From: Eubacteriales bacterium
Lineage (GTDB): Bacteria > Bacillota > Clostridia > Oscillospirales > CAG-382
Direction: 5' to 3'
Length of the DNA: 64,000 nucleotides
NCBI GenBank assembly: GCA_045593165.1
Contig: JAZNWF010000004.1
Coordinates: forward strand, 216-64,215
Both the position numbers and the translations under genes were made by a program. Shown here in pieces: positions 52,796-63,534 of the stretch. Each line of letters opens with the position of its first letter. The first letter of the stretch is position 1. Below the pieces are notes generated by a model. The model had not been told where the DNA came from. It was given only the letters and a program-made list of their open reading frames with translations, and searched no databases.

Positions 52796-53104
52796 TTATT
52801 TAGAGATGCTGAGGATCTGAAGCTTGGTATAGGGCTGTCTGTGGCCGATGTGCTTCTTGGAATCCTTCTTGGGCTTGTATCTGATTACATGAATCTTTTT
52901 GCCCTTGCCGTTTTTAACGACGTTTGCGGTAACGGTTGCATCAACGGTAGGAGTACCTGCAACGAAACCATTGTCATCGGAATAAGCAAGAACCTTTTCG
53001 AAGGTGTAGGTTTCGCCTTCTTCGATACCGAGCTTTTCAACAAAGATGATATCGCCTTCGCTAACCTTGTACTGCTTTCCGCCTGTTTCCACGATTGCAA
53101 ACAT
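52796..53104 (-). CDS. rplU: 50S ribosomal protein L21
   Basis: [18 protein letters not shown]... Confidence 0.95.
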   Translation of the reverse strand: MFAIVETGGKQYKVSEGDIIFVEKLGIEEGETYTFEKVLAYSDDNGFVAGTPTVDATVTANVVKNGKGKKIHVIRYKPKKDSKKHIGHRQPYTKLQILSISK

Positions 53105-53223
53105 TTGTAAGCACCAATTCCTTTCTTAAGACTCGCTGCGATAGAGGTGCGCTTTGACGCGTCTTCACAAAACCCCATACATGCGGCAAATGAGAGTGTA
53201 ACACAAATAATCCCCGTTGTCAA
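53105..53223 (-). promoter_or_regulatory. rplU promoter plus a ~85-nt 5' leader (candidate L21 leader)
   Basis: On the minus strand: TTGACA (53218-53223), 17-nt spacer, TGT-TACACT (53195-53200), then a GC-rich leader. The L21-leader assignment rests on position only. Confidence 0.4.
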
Positions 53224-53296
53224 TAGGTTTTTCAATGTTTTTCAACTGTTTTTCGCAAATTTCAAGGCGGTACAAAGCTGCACCGCCTTAATATAA

Positions 53297-54073
53297 TTAT
53301 ACGTTCGCATATGATTTGTTTTTAAGCCTTAAATTATCTGCGATCATCGCTATAAATTCGGAATTCGTGGGTTTGCCGCGGGAATTTTGAACGGTATAGC
53401 CGAAGAACGAATTCAGCACGTCAAGATCTCCCCTATCCCAAGCAACCTCAATTGCGTGGCGTATTGCACGCTCAACTCGCGAGCTTGTCGTGCCATACTG
53501 CTTGGCAACCGACGGATACAATATCTTTGTAACAGAGTTTATGTAATCGGTATTGTTTATCGTCATTATTATCGCGGTACGAAGATACTGATAGCCCTTG
53601 ATATGCGCGGGAACGCCTATCTGATGTATTATCTTTGTGACCTGCGCCTCCAAATCTGCTTCATCGCGGTTGGGAACGGTTGCACCGCCGCGGCGTCTTC
53701 CCTTATCTGCAAGACGCTTTACTCGGTCACCCAACGTCGTGAAGTCGATCGGCTTAAGCATACAATAAGTCGCGCCGGCTTCACAGCATTCACGGAATTG
53801 ATCGTCACTCGCATAAGCGGTAACCATTATAAACGCAGGAAAATCATCGGGTATTTGCTTCTTTGCGCTTCGTATAAGCCCTACTCCATCTATCTTTCCG
53901 AGAAAAATATCCGAAATGACTATATTCGGCTTATGCCTGACTATCTTCTGAAAGGCCTCATGCCCATCAGATGCTTCCGCGACAACTTCTATATCCATCC
54001 TTCTTAAGCTTTGGACACATTGATTTCTGAATTCGGCGTTGCTATCCGCCACTAATACCTTCGGCTTTTCCAT
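53297..54073 (-). CDS. spo0A: Sporulation master regulator Spo0A
   Basis: A receiver domain plus the Spo0A-specific C-terminal domain ([17 protein letters not shown]...[32 protein letters not shown]). Confidence 0.95.
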   Translation of the reverse strand: MEKPKVLVADSNAEFRNQCVQSLRRMDIEVVAEASDGHEAFQKIVRHKPNIVISDIFLGKIDGVGLIRSAKKQIPDDFPAFIMVTAYASDDQFRECCEAGATYCMLKPIDFTTLGDRVKRLADKGRRRGGATVPNRDEADLEAQVTKIIHQIGVPAHIKGYQYLRTAIIMTINNTDYINSVTKILYPSVAKQYGTTSSRVERAIRHAIEVAWDRGDLDVLNSFFGYTVQNSRGKPTNSEFIAMIADNLRLKNKSYANV

Positions 54074-54266
54074 AAATTTGTTGCTCCTTAAATGTTTATT
54101 TTCTGTGAAGATATTTTATCACAAAAAAGAACGAACAAGCAATAGATTTTGTCCAAAAATCCTTGATTTGCAAGGACTTTCGTCCGTCACGATTCGTCAA
54201 AAAAGATTCACTTTTCACACGAAAACAGGTCATTTGCGGTATTTCGATGAAAAATTTGTAATTTTT

Positions 54267-54300
54267 TGTCGTTTTTTGTCGAATGACTCATTTTGTCGAA
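54267..54300 (+). promoter_or_regulatory. Cluster of Spo0A-box (TGNCGAA) motifs upstream of spo0A
   Basis: Perfect TGTCGAA at 54277-54283 and 54294-54300. A near-match TGTCGTT lies at 54267-54273. Confidence 0.55.
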
Positions 54301-54618
54301 ATATTATCACAAATACACCGTTTTGTCAACAAAAAACGAATTTACACGATGCTTAATCATCTAAGCTTCTCGACGATTTTCAATTCACAAAAACCGTGTT
54401 TTGTTAACAGGTTGTTCATATTTCCGGCGTTTGTTGTCACTTTTTACCAAACGAGAGGCATTTTACACAAAAATAACGCTTTTTCTTTGTTGTATTTTTG
54501 CAAAAACACTTGCAATCGATATTTTTTTGATATAAAATTATAGAAAGGTAATAATTTTTTGCCTTATACGTAACGTTGATAAAATGATTCACCAACATAT
54601 AACTAAGGAGAAGTTCAA

Positions 54619-55704
54619 ATGAGTAACAAACTTTTTCAGGGATTGATCTATCAAATGCGCGAGGCTGTTGACCGCGAAATCGGCATTATTGACGACAAGG
54701 GTGTCGTTATCGCCTGCAGTCAGCTTACCAAGATAGGCAGTATGCATCAGGAAATCCTCGACGAGCTTTCGTACAGCTACGAAACGCTTGTTATCGGCGA
54801 TTACACCTACCGTCCTATCGGCTCTCACGCAAGAATCGAGTATATCGTATTCGTAAGCGGCAACGATGATATCGCAAGAAGCACCTCTGCTTTGCTTTCG
54901 GTTTCGTTCTCCAATATTAAAACGCTTTACGACGAAAAGTACGATAAGGCTAACTTTATTAAGAATATCATCCTTGATAATATTCTCCCCGGTGATATCT
55001 ATATCAAGTCCAAGGAGCTTCGCTTTGACAGCGAGGTAAACCGTGTTGCTATTCTTATCAGATTTGCAAACTCGGGCGAGATCATTCCCTACGACGTTAT
55101 CCAGAATATGTTCCCCGATAAAGCACACGACTACGTTATCAACGTTGGCGAGTCGGATATCGTTCTCGTTAAGGAACTCAAATCGGCAACCGATCCCAAA
55201 GTACTCGAAACCATCGCAAAGAGCATCGTCGACACCGTTCAGTCGGAATTTTATCTCAAGGTACATATCGGTATCGGTTCTGTCGTCAACAACGTAAAGG
55301 AGCTTGCGCGTTCTTATAAGGATGCACAGGTTGCGCTCGAGGTCGGCAAGGTATTCGACACCGAAAAGAACGTTATCAATTACGAAAGCCTCGGTATTGG
55401 CAGACTTATCTATCAGCTTCCCACCACGCTTTGTGAAATGTTCCTTCAGGAAGTTTTCAAGCGCGGCTCTCTCGAAAGTCTTGACAGAGAAACTCTTCAG
55501 ACCATTCACGCGTTCTTTGACAACAACCTCAACGTATCCGAAACCTCAAGAAAGCTGTTCGTGCACCGCAACACGTTGGTATACCGTCTTGAAAAGATCA
55601 AGAAGCTTACCGGCTTGGATCTTCGCGAGTTCGAGCACGCTATCACATTCAAGGTTGCGCTTATGGTCAAGAAGTATCTCATAAGCAAGCCTTCCATTTA
55701 TTAA
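54619..55704 (+). CDS. PucR/CdaR-family transcriptional regulator
   Basis: C-terminal PucR HTH: NLNVSETSRKLFVHRNTLVYRLEKIKKLTGLDLREFE. Confidence 0.8.
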   Translation: MSNKLFQGLIYQMREAVDREIGIIDDKGVVIACSQLTKIGSMHQEILDELSYSYETLVIGDYTYRPIGSHARIEYIVFVSGNDDIARSTSALLSVSFSNIKTLYDEKYDKANFIKNIILDNILPGDIYIKSKELRFDSEVNRVAILIRFANSGEIIPYDVIQNMFPDKAHDYVINVGESDIVLVKELKSATDPKVLETIAKSIVDTVQSEFYLKVHIGIGSVVNNVKELARSYKDAQVALEVGKVFDTEKNVINYESLGIGRLIYQLPTTLCEMFLQEVFKRGSLESLDRETLQTIHAFFDNNLNVSETSRKLFVHRNTLVYRLEKIKKLTGLDLREFEHAITFKVALMVKKYLISKPSIY

Positions 55705-55716
55705 TAGTGAATCAAT

Positions 55717-56451
55717 ATGAAAGAAAACAAAAAGCTCGCATTTGAAGAAATAAACGATTCAAACGAGTCAATAATCAGCTTTCAGAACGTTTCAATGACC
55801 TATGATAACGTATCAACGGCGTTAAACGACGTTTCGCTCGACATAAACAAGGGTGAATTCGTATTCATCGTCGGTGCAAACGGCGCAGGCAAGACCACTC
55901 TTACCAAGCTATTGATATGCGAGGAGCGTATTTCATCGGGCAGACTGACCGTGAACGGATTTGCGCTGCACAAAATACGCTCGTGGAGAATCCCCAAGCT
56001 CCGCAGAACCATGGGTATGGTGTTCCAGGATTTTAAGCTGTTTGACAATATGACGGTATACGAAAACGTTGCCTTTGCGATGCGAGTAGTAGGCGCAAAG
56101 CCGTCGTTAATAAAAAAACGCGTTCCCATCTTTCTTGATATGGTGGGAGTCAGCCACAAAAGCGATTCCTTCCCGACCGAGCTTTCGGGCGGTGAAAAGC
56201 AGCGTGTGGCATTTGCGCGCGCTATTGTAAATAACCCCGATATAGTTATCGCGGACGAGCCTACGGGTAACATCGACACTGAAATGACCGAGGGTATTAT
56301 GGAGCTTCTTCTGAAGATCAACAAGCTCGGAAAAACCGTAATCGTTATTACCCACGACAGCAATATTGTGCAAAGCTACAGCAAACGCGTAATAAAGCTC
56401 GAAAACGGCACAGTCGTTTCTGATAAGATAGGAGGCGACTTTAACGAATGA
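55717..56451 (+). CDS. ftsE: Cell division ATP-binding protein FtsE
   Basis: Walker A GANGAGKTT, signature LSGGEKQR, Walker B VIADEPTGN. It overlaps ftsX by 4 nt. Confidence 0.9.
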   Translation: MKENKKLAFEEINDSNESIISFQNVSMTYDNVSTALNDVSLDINKGEFVFIVGANGAGKTTLTKLLICEERISSGRLTVNGFALHKIRSWRIPKLRRTMGMVFQDFKLFDNMTVYENVAFAMRVVGAKPSLIKKRVPIFLDMVGVSHKSDSFPTELSGGEKQRVAFARAIVNNPDIVIADEPTGNIDTEMTEGIMELLLKINKLGKTVIVITHDSNIVQSYSKRVIKLENGTVVSDKIGGDFNE

Positions 56452-57530
56452 AACCGAGTGTATTTTTATACAACATAGGGCAAGGCTTCAAGGGTGTTTT
56501 CCGTAACCGGGTTATGACCACCGCCTCGATTCTCGTGCTTATCGCATGTATGATATTGGTAGGTACGTTTTATCTTGTTATCGATACCATCGACCGCAAC
56601 TTCAATGCCATCGACAATTTAAACGTTATTGAAGTGATGTGCAAGAAGGACTTCAGCGAGGGCGAGATCATAGAAATCGGTGAAAAGCTCGCAGACATCT
56701 GCAACGATTCACCCGTTGTTCAATGGACACACGACAAGTGGCCCGAAGACGCACGCGTTCCCAAGGTTGACGAAAGCATCCCCGAATCCAACAACTTCTT
56801 CTACGTTTCCCCCGATGAGCATCTGAAGATGATGGAGGAGCAGTACGGAGATATTATCTCCTCAATTATTACTAACAGCGAGGAGCACGGCAACCACGAG
56901 GGTGAGCACGACAATATCACCACCTCGTTTGCAGACAACCCTTTGCGCGGCAGCTACCGCATAAGATTCGTTAACTTCTCGAACTTCGACGAGGTACAAA
57001 AGGTAAAAACCGCTATCGATGCAATAACCTACACCGATTCGAGCGGTGCACAGATAGACGCGGTTGCTACCGAGGACATAAAGGACCATTTAGAGCTTTA
57101 CAACAACGTAATGAGCATTAAAAACACTCTTTATATTGCAGGGCTTTGGCTAATGGCAATATTCCTGCTTATCTCGTTGTTCGTTATTATGAACACGATC
57201 AAGCTCGGCGTTTATGCACGCAGACACGAAATTACCTTTATGCGCTTATGCGGCGCAACAAAGAGCTTTATACGTATGCCCTTTATCGTGGAGGGTGTTA
57301 TCATCGGCATCCTTTCGGCAGCCATTTCGTTCGGCATTGAATTTTACCTTTACGAATATCTGCTCAAGGATATCATTTCTTCGGCAACCGGTACGACAGG
57401 CGGAAGCGGTATAATATCCGCGCCCTTCTCGGAATACGCGTTATTCGTTGGTGCGGGATTCCTTGCAATAGGTCTTTTCGCCGGCATTATTTCTTCGAGC
57501 ATTTCTTTGAAGAAGTACCTCAAGGCATAA
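56448..57530 (+). CDS. ftsX: Cell division permease-like protein FtsX, with an enlarged extracellular domain
   Basis: N-terminal TM helix, an extracellular domain of about 190 aa, then a 3-TM C-terminal FtsX domain (RRHEITFMRLCGATKSFIRMPF). Confidence 0.85.
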   Translation: MKPSVFLYNIGQGFKGVFRNRVMTTASILVLIACMILVGTFYLVIDTIDRNFNAIDNLNVIEVMCKKDFSEGEIIEIGEKLADICNDSPVVQWTHDKWPEDARVPKVDESIPESNNFFYVSPDEHLKMMEEQYGDIISSIITNSEEHGNHEGEHDNITTSFADNPLRGSYRIRFVNFSNFDEVQKVKTAIDAITYTDSSGAQIDAVATEDIKDHLELYNNVMSIKNTLYIAGLWLMAIFLLISLFVIMNTIKLGVYARRHEITFMRLCGATKSFIRMPFIVEGVIIGILSAAISFGIEFYLYEYLLKDIISSATGTTGGSGIISAPFSEYALFVGAGFLAIGLFAGIISSSISLKKYLKA

Positions 57531-57543
57531 AGGAGCATAATTA

Positions 57544-58776
57544 ATGTTTCGCAAACTAAAAAAGACGCTATTTTTATTGCTCTCGGTATGCATAGTATTC
57601 AGCGCGACAGCAATAAGCACCTCATATGAAACCGTTGAGGCTCGTTCGATAATCGAAATCGAAAACGAGCTAAAGGAATATAAGAATCTTCTTTCGAAAT
57701 TGCAGTCGGAATTAGCAGACATCACTGCAAACATCGCCGATCTCGAGGGCAAATCCGGACAGACTGCCGAGCTTATGGCACAATATCAGGCAGAGATCGA
57801 TTTGCTCGAAAGTGAAATCTCGATAAACAGCGCAATCATGGAATCCTACGATATAAAGCGCGCCGAGGTTCTCACCGAAATGGCGATAGTTCAAGAGGAT
57901 TACGAATACCGCGTATCGATGTATAAAAATCTGATGCAGTTCATATATGAAAACAGCCAAACCAATGCATTTGCATTACTGTTTTCATCGGAAAACTTCT
58001 CGGATTATCTTACACAACGCGACAATTTCAACGACATAATGGCGGCCGCGAGCGTACTTATCAAGGATATTGAGGTTTCGCTTGCGGATTTGGAAACGCT
58101 TGACGCCGAGCTTGCGGAAACGCAGGAAAAATACAGCGAATACGTAAAGGAGCTCAACCGTTCGCAATCCGAGCTTCAAACGAAAATAGAAGAATTCAAG
58201 ACGATTGCAGGCGAATTGAACCTCAACGTAGAAGAGCTCTCCGAGGAATACAAAAACAAAAATGCAACCGTAAAAGAGATCAAGGAGAAGATCGCCGCGC
58301 TCGAAAAAGAACGCAAGGCGTATTACGACAACAGCGCGCCGTTTTTATGGCCCGTTGAAAGCGGTTGGCGTATAACCAGCCGTTTCGGTTGGCGCGGTAA
58401 CCCGTTCGGCGGTTCTTCCTCCGAATATCATAAGGGCATTGACTTTGCCGCACCGCGCGGAACTCCTATTCGCGCGGTACGCGACGGCGTAGTAACACGC
58501 GCGTCCTACAACGGCGGATACGGTGAATGTATAATCATATATCACGGTGACGGTCTTTCCACCCTTTATGCACACTGCGACAACACCTCGAAAACCAAGC
58601 CGGTTTACGAGGTTAAGGTTGGCGACAGCGTAAAGCGCGGACAGATAATAGCTTACGTCGGAACAACAGGCAGATCCACAGGCTATCACCTCCATTTCGG
58701 CGTTATTGATACCAATACATATTCATCGCTTTCGGGTAACTACGTGAATCCCGAAAAATATCTCCCCAAGGGATAA
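57544..58776 (+). CDS. Coiled-coil M23 peptidase (EnvC/PcsB-like FtsEX-associated murein hydrolase or activator)
   Basis: A long coiled coil followed by the M23 motifs HKGIDFAAPRGTPIRA and GRSTGYHLHF. Confidence 0.85.
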   Translation: MFRKLKKTLFLLLSVCIVFSATAISTSYETVEARSIIEIENELKEYKNLLSKLQSELADITANIADLEGKSGQTAELMAQYQAEIDLLESEISINSAIMESYDIKRAEVLTEMAIVQEDYEYRVSMYKNLMQFIYENSQTNAFALLFSSENFSDYLTQRDNFNDIMAAASVLIKDIEVSLADLETLDAELAETQEKYSEYVKELNRSQSELQTKIEEFKTIAGELNLNVEELSEEYKNKNATVKEIKEKIAALEKERKAYYDNSAPFLWPVESGWRITSRFGWRGNPFGGSSSEYHKGIDFAAPRGTPIRAVRDGVVTRASYNGGYGECIIIYHGDGLSTLYAHCDNTSKTKPVYEVKVGDSVKRGQIIAYVGTTGRSTGYHLHFGVIDTNTYSSLSGNYVNPEKYLPKG

Positions 58777-58798
58777 GTATCATTAAAGAAGGATCTTA

Positions 58799-60049
58799 AT
58801 GTTCAAAAAGAAAATCACACCGTTTGCTTGCATAATCATATCACTCATAGTATGTGCAACCACCTTCGTAGGCGTTTATTCACATATGACGATAGTCAAC
58901 AAGGCAGAAGACAGCGCAGAGCGAATAGAAGACGCATCATACGGTAAATACAGCACGCTTAACGAGCTCGACGGCGACGAGGCAACGCGATACAACAAAT
59001 TGGCTTTGTTGCTTACGTTGATCGAGCAACGCTATATCAGAGAATACGATAAGGACGATCTTTGGGATAACGTATACCGTTCGTTGCTCATATCGATAGG
59101 TGACGATTACTCGCAATATCTGACTGCGGAGGAATATAACGCGCTTATAGATTCCGGAAACGGCAATTTCGTAGGCATAGGCGTTCACGCTACGCACGAT
59201 ACGGATACCGGTGGTGTATACGTATTCGGAGCAATCAAGGATTCACCCGCGGAAAAAGCCGGAATCACCGAAGGCGACGTAATTATCGCCGTTGGCGATA
59301 CTAAAATAACCGCGGATAATTATTACGAGGCGCTTGATATGGTACGCGGCGAAGCGGGCACAACCGTTCAGCTTACCGTACAGCGCGGCGAAAGCACCTT
59401 TGATATTACGGTCGAACGCGAAAATGTCGCAAGCGAAAATGTGCTTTATAAAAAATTAGATAACGATATCGGATATATGCGAATCCTTTCGTTTTCCGAC
59501 GAAACCGTTTCCGAGGAATTTGAAGCAAAGATAAAATCGGCACTTGACGAGGGATGCAAAAGCTTCATCTTCGACGTACGGCACAACGGCGGCGGATATT
59601 TAGACGAGATCGAAGCGATTCTCGATCTGCTGCTTCCCGAAGGCCCGATAATAAATATCGTCGACAAGGACGGAAACACCACGACGCATTATTCGGACGA
59701 AGGCTGTATAGACCTGCCTATGACCGTGCTGTGTAACGAAGGCACAGCGTCGGCGGCAGAACTGTTCACGGCCGCTCTGCGCGATTACGAAATGGCAACT
59801 ATAATCGGCAAAACCACGTTTGGAAAAGGAACGATGCAATCCACTACTCCTCTTTCTGACGGAAGTGCATTAAAGCTATCGTACGCATATTACAATCCGC
59901 CCAAAAACGTAAGCTATGACAAGCTCGGAATAACCCCCGATTACGACATCGACCTTGATGAAAAATGGGCAAGCCGCTTTTTTAAGATGCCTATGAATGA
60001 GGACGCGCATCTTTTAAAGGCTATCGAGATACTGAATTCGGCAAAATAA
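58799..60049 (+). CDS. S41 family C-terminal processing peptidase with a PDZ domain
   Basis: PDZ region (SPAEKAGITEGDVIIAVGD); FDVRHNGGGY; catalytic region GTASAAELF...GKTTFGKG. Confidence 0.85.
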   Translation: MFKKKITPFACIIISLIVCATTFVGVYSHMTIVNKAEDSAERIEDASYGKYSTLNELDGDEATRYNKLALLLTLIEQRYIREYDKDDLWDNVYRSLLISIGDDYSQYLTAEEYNALIDSGNGNFVGIGVHATHDTDTGGVYVFGAIKDSPAEKAGITEGDVIIAVGDTKITADNYYEALDMVRGEAGTTVQLTVQRGESTFDITVERENVASENVLYKKLDNDIGYMRILSFSDETVSEEFEAKIKSALDEGCKSFIFDVRHNGGGYLDEIEAILDLLLPEGPIINIVDKDGNTTTHYSDEGCIDLPMTVLCNEGTASAAELFTAALRDYEMATIIGKTTFGKGTMQSTTPLSDGSALKLSYAYYNPPKNVSYDKLGITPDYDIDLDEKWASRFFKMPMNEDAHLLKAIEILNSAK

Positions 60050-60101
60050 ACGCCGTTCAATAAGTAAAATATTATCACATATAAAAGGGAGAAAAAACAA
60101 A

Positions 60102-60575
60102 ATGGCAAAGCAGATCATTGTTTCCCACGAGGGACTCAAAAAGCTTCAGCAGGAGCTTGAGCATCTTAAAACAGTTAAACGTAAGGAAGTTGCACAGGCT
60201 ATTCAGAAGGCTCGCGCATACGGCGACCTTTCGGAAAACAGCGAATACGATGAAGCTAAAAACGAGCAGGCAGAAATCGAAGGCAAGATCGCGCACTTAG
60301 AAGAAACTCTTGAAAACGCTATTGTTCTCGACGACGCAGAGCTCGGCACCGACAAGGTAAGCGTAGGTAACAAGGTTACCGTTCATAACATCGACGAAGG
60401 CGAAGAAACCGAATACAAGATCGTTTCCACCACCGAAGCAGATCCCATTCAGTTCCTTATCAGCGACGACAGCCCTCTCGGCAAGGCTCTTATCGGCCAG
60501 CGCAAGGGCGACAGCATCAACGTTGAAACTCCTATGGGCGTAGTTAAGTACACCATCACCAATATTTCCAAATAA
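60102..60575 (+). CDS. greA: Transcription elongation factor GreA
   Basis: ARAYGDLSENSEYDEAKNEQA motif; 157 aa. Confidence 0.95.
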   Translation: MAKQIIVSHEGLKKLQQELEHLKTVKRKEVAQAIQKARAYGDLSENSEYDEAKNEQAEIEGKIAHLEETLENAIVLDDAELGTDKVSVGNKVTVHNIDEGEETEYKIVSTTEADPIQFLISDDSPLGKALIGQRKGDSINVETPMGVVKYTITNISK

Positions 60576-60602
60576 CCGTTATATAATTAAAGGTAGAAAA
60601 AC

Positions 60603-62105
60603 ATGAGCGAAGAAATCAAGAACACTTCCGCACAGCCGGAGGTTAATTTAGGCGACCTTCTCGCAGTGCGCCGTCAAAAGCTTGACGATCTGCGCGCAGA
60701 CGGCAAGGACCCGTTTGTTATTACTAAATACGACGTTACTCATCACAGCGACGAGATCAAAAACAACTACGACGAGCTCGAGGGCAAGGAGGTTTCTATT
60801 GCCGGCAGACTAATGTCGAAGCGTATTATGGGTAAGGCATCATTCTGCCACGTTCAGGACCTGCCCGGCATGATACAGATATACGTAGCACGCGATAGCA
60901 TAGGCGTTGATGAATACGCAGGCTTCAAGAAGTTCGATATCGGTGATATCGTTGGCTTCGTGGGCACGGTTTTCAAAACGAAAACAGGCGAAATTTCGGT
61001 TCACGCAACTGCAGTAACTCTTCTTTCGAAGAGCTTGCAGATACTGCCCGAAAAGTTCCACGGTCTTACCAATACCGACCTCCGCTACCGCCAGAGATAC
61101 GTTGACCTTATTATGAATGCCGAAACCAAGGACACTATGATAAAGCGTTCGAAGATAATCAGCTCTATCCGTCGCTTCCTTGATGCGCAGGGCTTCCTTG
61201 AAGTTGAAACCCCTATGCTTGTTTCCAATGCAGGCGGCGCGGCGGCAAGACCCTTTGAAACCCATTTCAACGCGCTTAACGAGGATCTTAAATTAAGAAT
61301 CTCGCTCGAGCTTTATCTGAAGCGTCTTATTGTTGGCGGATTGGAACGCGTTTATGAAATCGGCAGAGTTTTCAGAAACGAAGGTCTTGATACGCGTCAC
61401 AACCCCGAGTTCACGTTGATGGAGCTTTATCAGGCGTATACCGATTATCACGGTATGATGGATCTTACCGAAAATATGTACCGCCACGTTGCTATGGACG
61501 TGCTCGGCACCACGAAAATCGTTTACAACGGTGTAGAGATGGACCTCGGCAAGCCGTTCGAGCGTATTACAATGGTAGATGCCGTTAAGAAGTATTCTGG
61601 AGTTGACTTTAATGAGATCAACACTCTCGAGGAAGCACGCGCTATTGCAAAGGAAAAGGGAATCGAATACGAAGCTCGTCATAAGAAGGGCGATATCCTT
61701 AACCTCTTCTTCGAAGAGTTCGTTGAAGAGCATCTTATCCAGCCCACCTTCGTTATGGACCACCCCGTTGAAATTTCTCCGCTTACCAAGCGCAAGCCCG
61801 AAAATCCCGATTACGTCGAACGCTTTGTGTTCTTTATGAACGGCTGGGAAATGGCAAACGCGTATTCTGAGCTTAACGACCCGATCGACCAGCGCGAGCG
61901 CTTTGCGGCTCAGGAGGAACAGTTTGCGGCAGGCGACGAAGAAGCCAACCACACTGACGAGGACTTCCTTAACGCTCTCGAAATAGGTATGCCTCCCACA
62001 GGCGGCATTGGCTACGGCATTGACAGAATGTGTATGCTTCTTACCGACTCGCAGGCAATTCGTGACGTATTGCTATTCCCCACGATGAAAAGTTTGGATA
62101 AATAA
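60603..62105 (+). CDS. lysS: Lysine--tRNA ligase (class II)
   Basis: 500 aa with an OB anticodon-binding domain and class II motifs ([16 protein letters not shown]). Confidence 0.95.
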   Translation: MSEEIKNTSAQPEVNLGDLLAVRRQKLDDLRADGKDPFVITKYDVTHHSDEIKNNYDELEGKEVSIAGRLMSKRIMGKASFCHVQDLPGMIQIYVARDSIGVDEYAGFKKFDIGDIVGFVGTVFKTKTGEISVHATAVTLLSKSLQILPEKFHGLTNTDLRYRQRYVDLIMNAETKDTMIKRSKIISSIRRFLDAQGFLEVETPMLVSNAGGAAARPFETHFNALNEDLKLRISLELYLKRLIVGGLERVYEIGRVFRNEGLDTRHNPEFTLMELYQAYTDYHGMMDLTENMYRHVAMDVLGTTKIVYNGVEMDLGKPFERITMVDAVKKYSGVDFNEINTLEEARAIAKEKGIEYEARHKKGDILNLFFEEFVEEHLIQPTFVMDHPVEISPLTKRKPENPDYVERFVFFMNGWEMANAYSELNDPIDQRERFAAQEEQFAAGDEEANHTDEDFLNALEIGMPPTGGIGYGIDRMCMLLTDSQAIRDVLLFPTMKSLDK

Positions 62106-62117
62106 ACGGAGACCTAT

Positions 62118-62306
62118 ATGCAAAAGAAACTTTATAAATCAAGCACGGACAAAAAAATCGACGGTGTATGTGCAGGCATTGCCGAATATGCAGGAATGGA
62201 CCCCACAGTAATTCGTCTTTTGTGGATTCTTGGGACAGTTTTTGTAGGTGCAGGCATATTAGCATATATAGTTGCGGCAATCGTTATGCCACGTAAGCCC
62301 GATTGA
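62118..62306 (+). CDS. PspC domain-containing membrane protein
   Basis: KLYKSSTDKKIDGVCAGIAEYAGMDPTVIRLLW followed by a TM helix. Confidence 0.8.
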   Translation: MQKKLYKSSTDKKIDGVCAGIAEYAGMDPTVIRLLWILGTVFVGAGILAYIVAAIVMPRKPD

Positions 62307-62395
62307 ATAACGACTATACGTCACGTATCATATTGCTATAATTCTTCGGAAAGAGTTACTTTTACAAATTTCATACTGATCAAAAGGTGCGGTTT

Positions 62396-63205
62396 ATGAG
62401 TAATTATATGGGTATTCCTAAGAAAATACATTACTGTTGGTTTGGTAGAAACCCCAAATCAGAGTTAATAGAAAAATGTATCCAATCTTGGCGTGACCGT
62501 TGCCCCGATTACGAAATCATCGAATGGAACGAATCCAATTGTCAGCTAAACGATAATTTATTCATTAAGCAAGCTTATGAAAGCAAAAAATGGGCTTTTG
62601 TATCCGATGTAATAAGATTAAAGGTTCTTTACGAACACGGCGGTTTTTATTTGGATACCGACGTCGAAATTTTAGCGAATAATCCTTTTGAGCAATATAG
62701 AAAATACAAAAACGTCCTTGTTTTTGAAAGTGAAATAAGAATTGCTACTGGATTGTTTTGTGGCGCCCAAAAAAGCTCTGCCGTTATGAAAGCATTGTTA
62801 TCTTCTTATGAAGACTTAGCCTTCAAAGGCGACAGGACGCAAATTAACGTAATTGTTAATCTGCCTGTTATCCAACGCGCTTTCCCTTCTCTCTGTTGGA
62901 GCAACGCAAACCAAGTTATCGAAGACACATACTTTATGAGTTCCAAGGAATATTCTCCGAAAATGTATCATTACGGAGTACATTCGTGGTTAGATGATAA
63001 GGTAGAATACAAGCCGGTCAAAAAGAACAAAGTTAAAAGAATTATTCAAAATCCGAAGGTATTTAATTTTTTGATAAAAAGCAAATTCGGGCGCAAAATA
63101 CTCCCGTGTTATGAATTCGTATGTTACGACTTGATAGATATGGGACCGATGTATTTTATAAAGCTTAACTGCAAAAAAATCAAAAGAAAATTCCAATCCA
63201 AATAA
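62396..63205 (+). CDS. Glycosyltransferase (GT32 / Gly_transf_sug-like, DXD type)
   Basis: ATG at 62396 lies 6 nt after AAGGTG. IPKKIHYCWFG, ASDVIRLKVLYEHGGFYLDTDVE. Confidence 0.7.
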   Translation: MSNYMGIPKKIHYCWFGRNPKSELIEKCIQSWRDRCPDYEIIEWNESNCQLNDNLFIKQAYESKKWAFVSDVIRLKVLYEHGGFYLDTDVEILANNPFEQYRKYKNVLVFESEIRIATGLFCGAQKSSAVMKALLSSYEDLAFKGDRTQINVIVNLPVIQRAFPSLCWSNANQVIEDTYFMSSKEYSPKMYHYGVHSWLDDKVEYKPVKKNKVKRIIQNPKVFNFLIKSKFGRKILPCYEFVCYDLIDMGPMYFIKLNCKKIKRKFQSK

Positions 63206-63214
63206 AAGTACTTA

Positions 63215-63245
63215 AAAAACCGCTTTGCATAAGCGGTTTTTATTT
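63215..63245 (+). terminator. Rho-independent terminator
   Basis: ACCGCTT / AAGCGGT stem followed by TTTTTATTT. Confidence 0.75.
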
Positions 63246-63534
63246 GCAATATTATTCTCATCACAAAAACAAGAACATTTCGAAATAAGCAAGCACTTAA
63301 TCCAAAGAAACTCATTGTTGTTTCGGGTTTGAGTGCTTTTTTGTTGATGGTTTTAAAAAACACATATTGTAGTTTGTTGCACAATTAAATCTTTTTGACA
63401 TATTCGACAATGTTTTTTTTGTTGATAAAATAAATTTGTGCATTTTCACATTTATCTATTGCAAAATCCTATAGGGTGTGATATAGTGAACTCATAGTTT
63501 TGAAAAATTAGCCAATTCGAAGGGAGAAAGAGAA

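Noticed and set aside
53387-54007. 206-aa ORF on the plus strand
   Set aside because: It is antisense to spo0A.
54589-55509. 306-aa ORF on the minus strand
   Set aside because: It is antisense to the PucR-family regulator gene, which has a clear C-terminal HTH and a good RBS. It is a shadow frame.
61293-61952. 219-aa ORF on the minus strand
   Set aside because: It is antisense to lysS.
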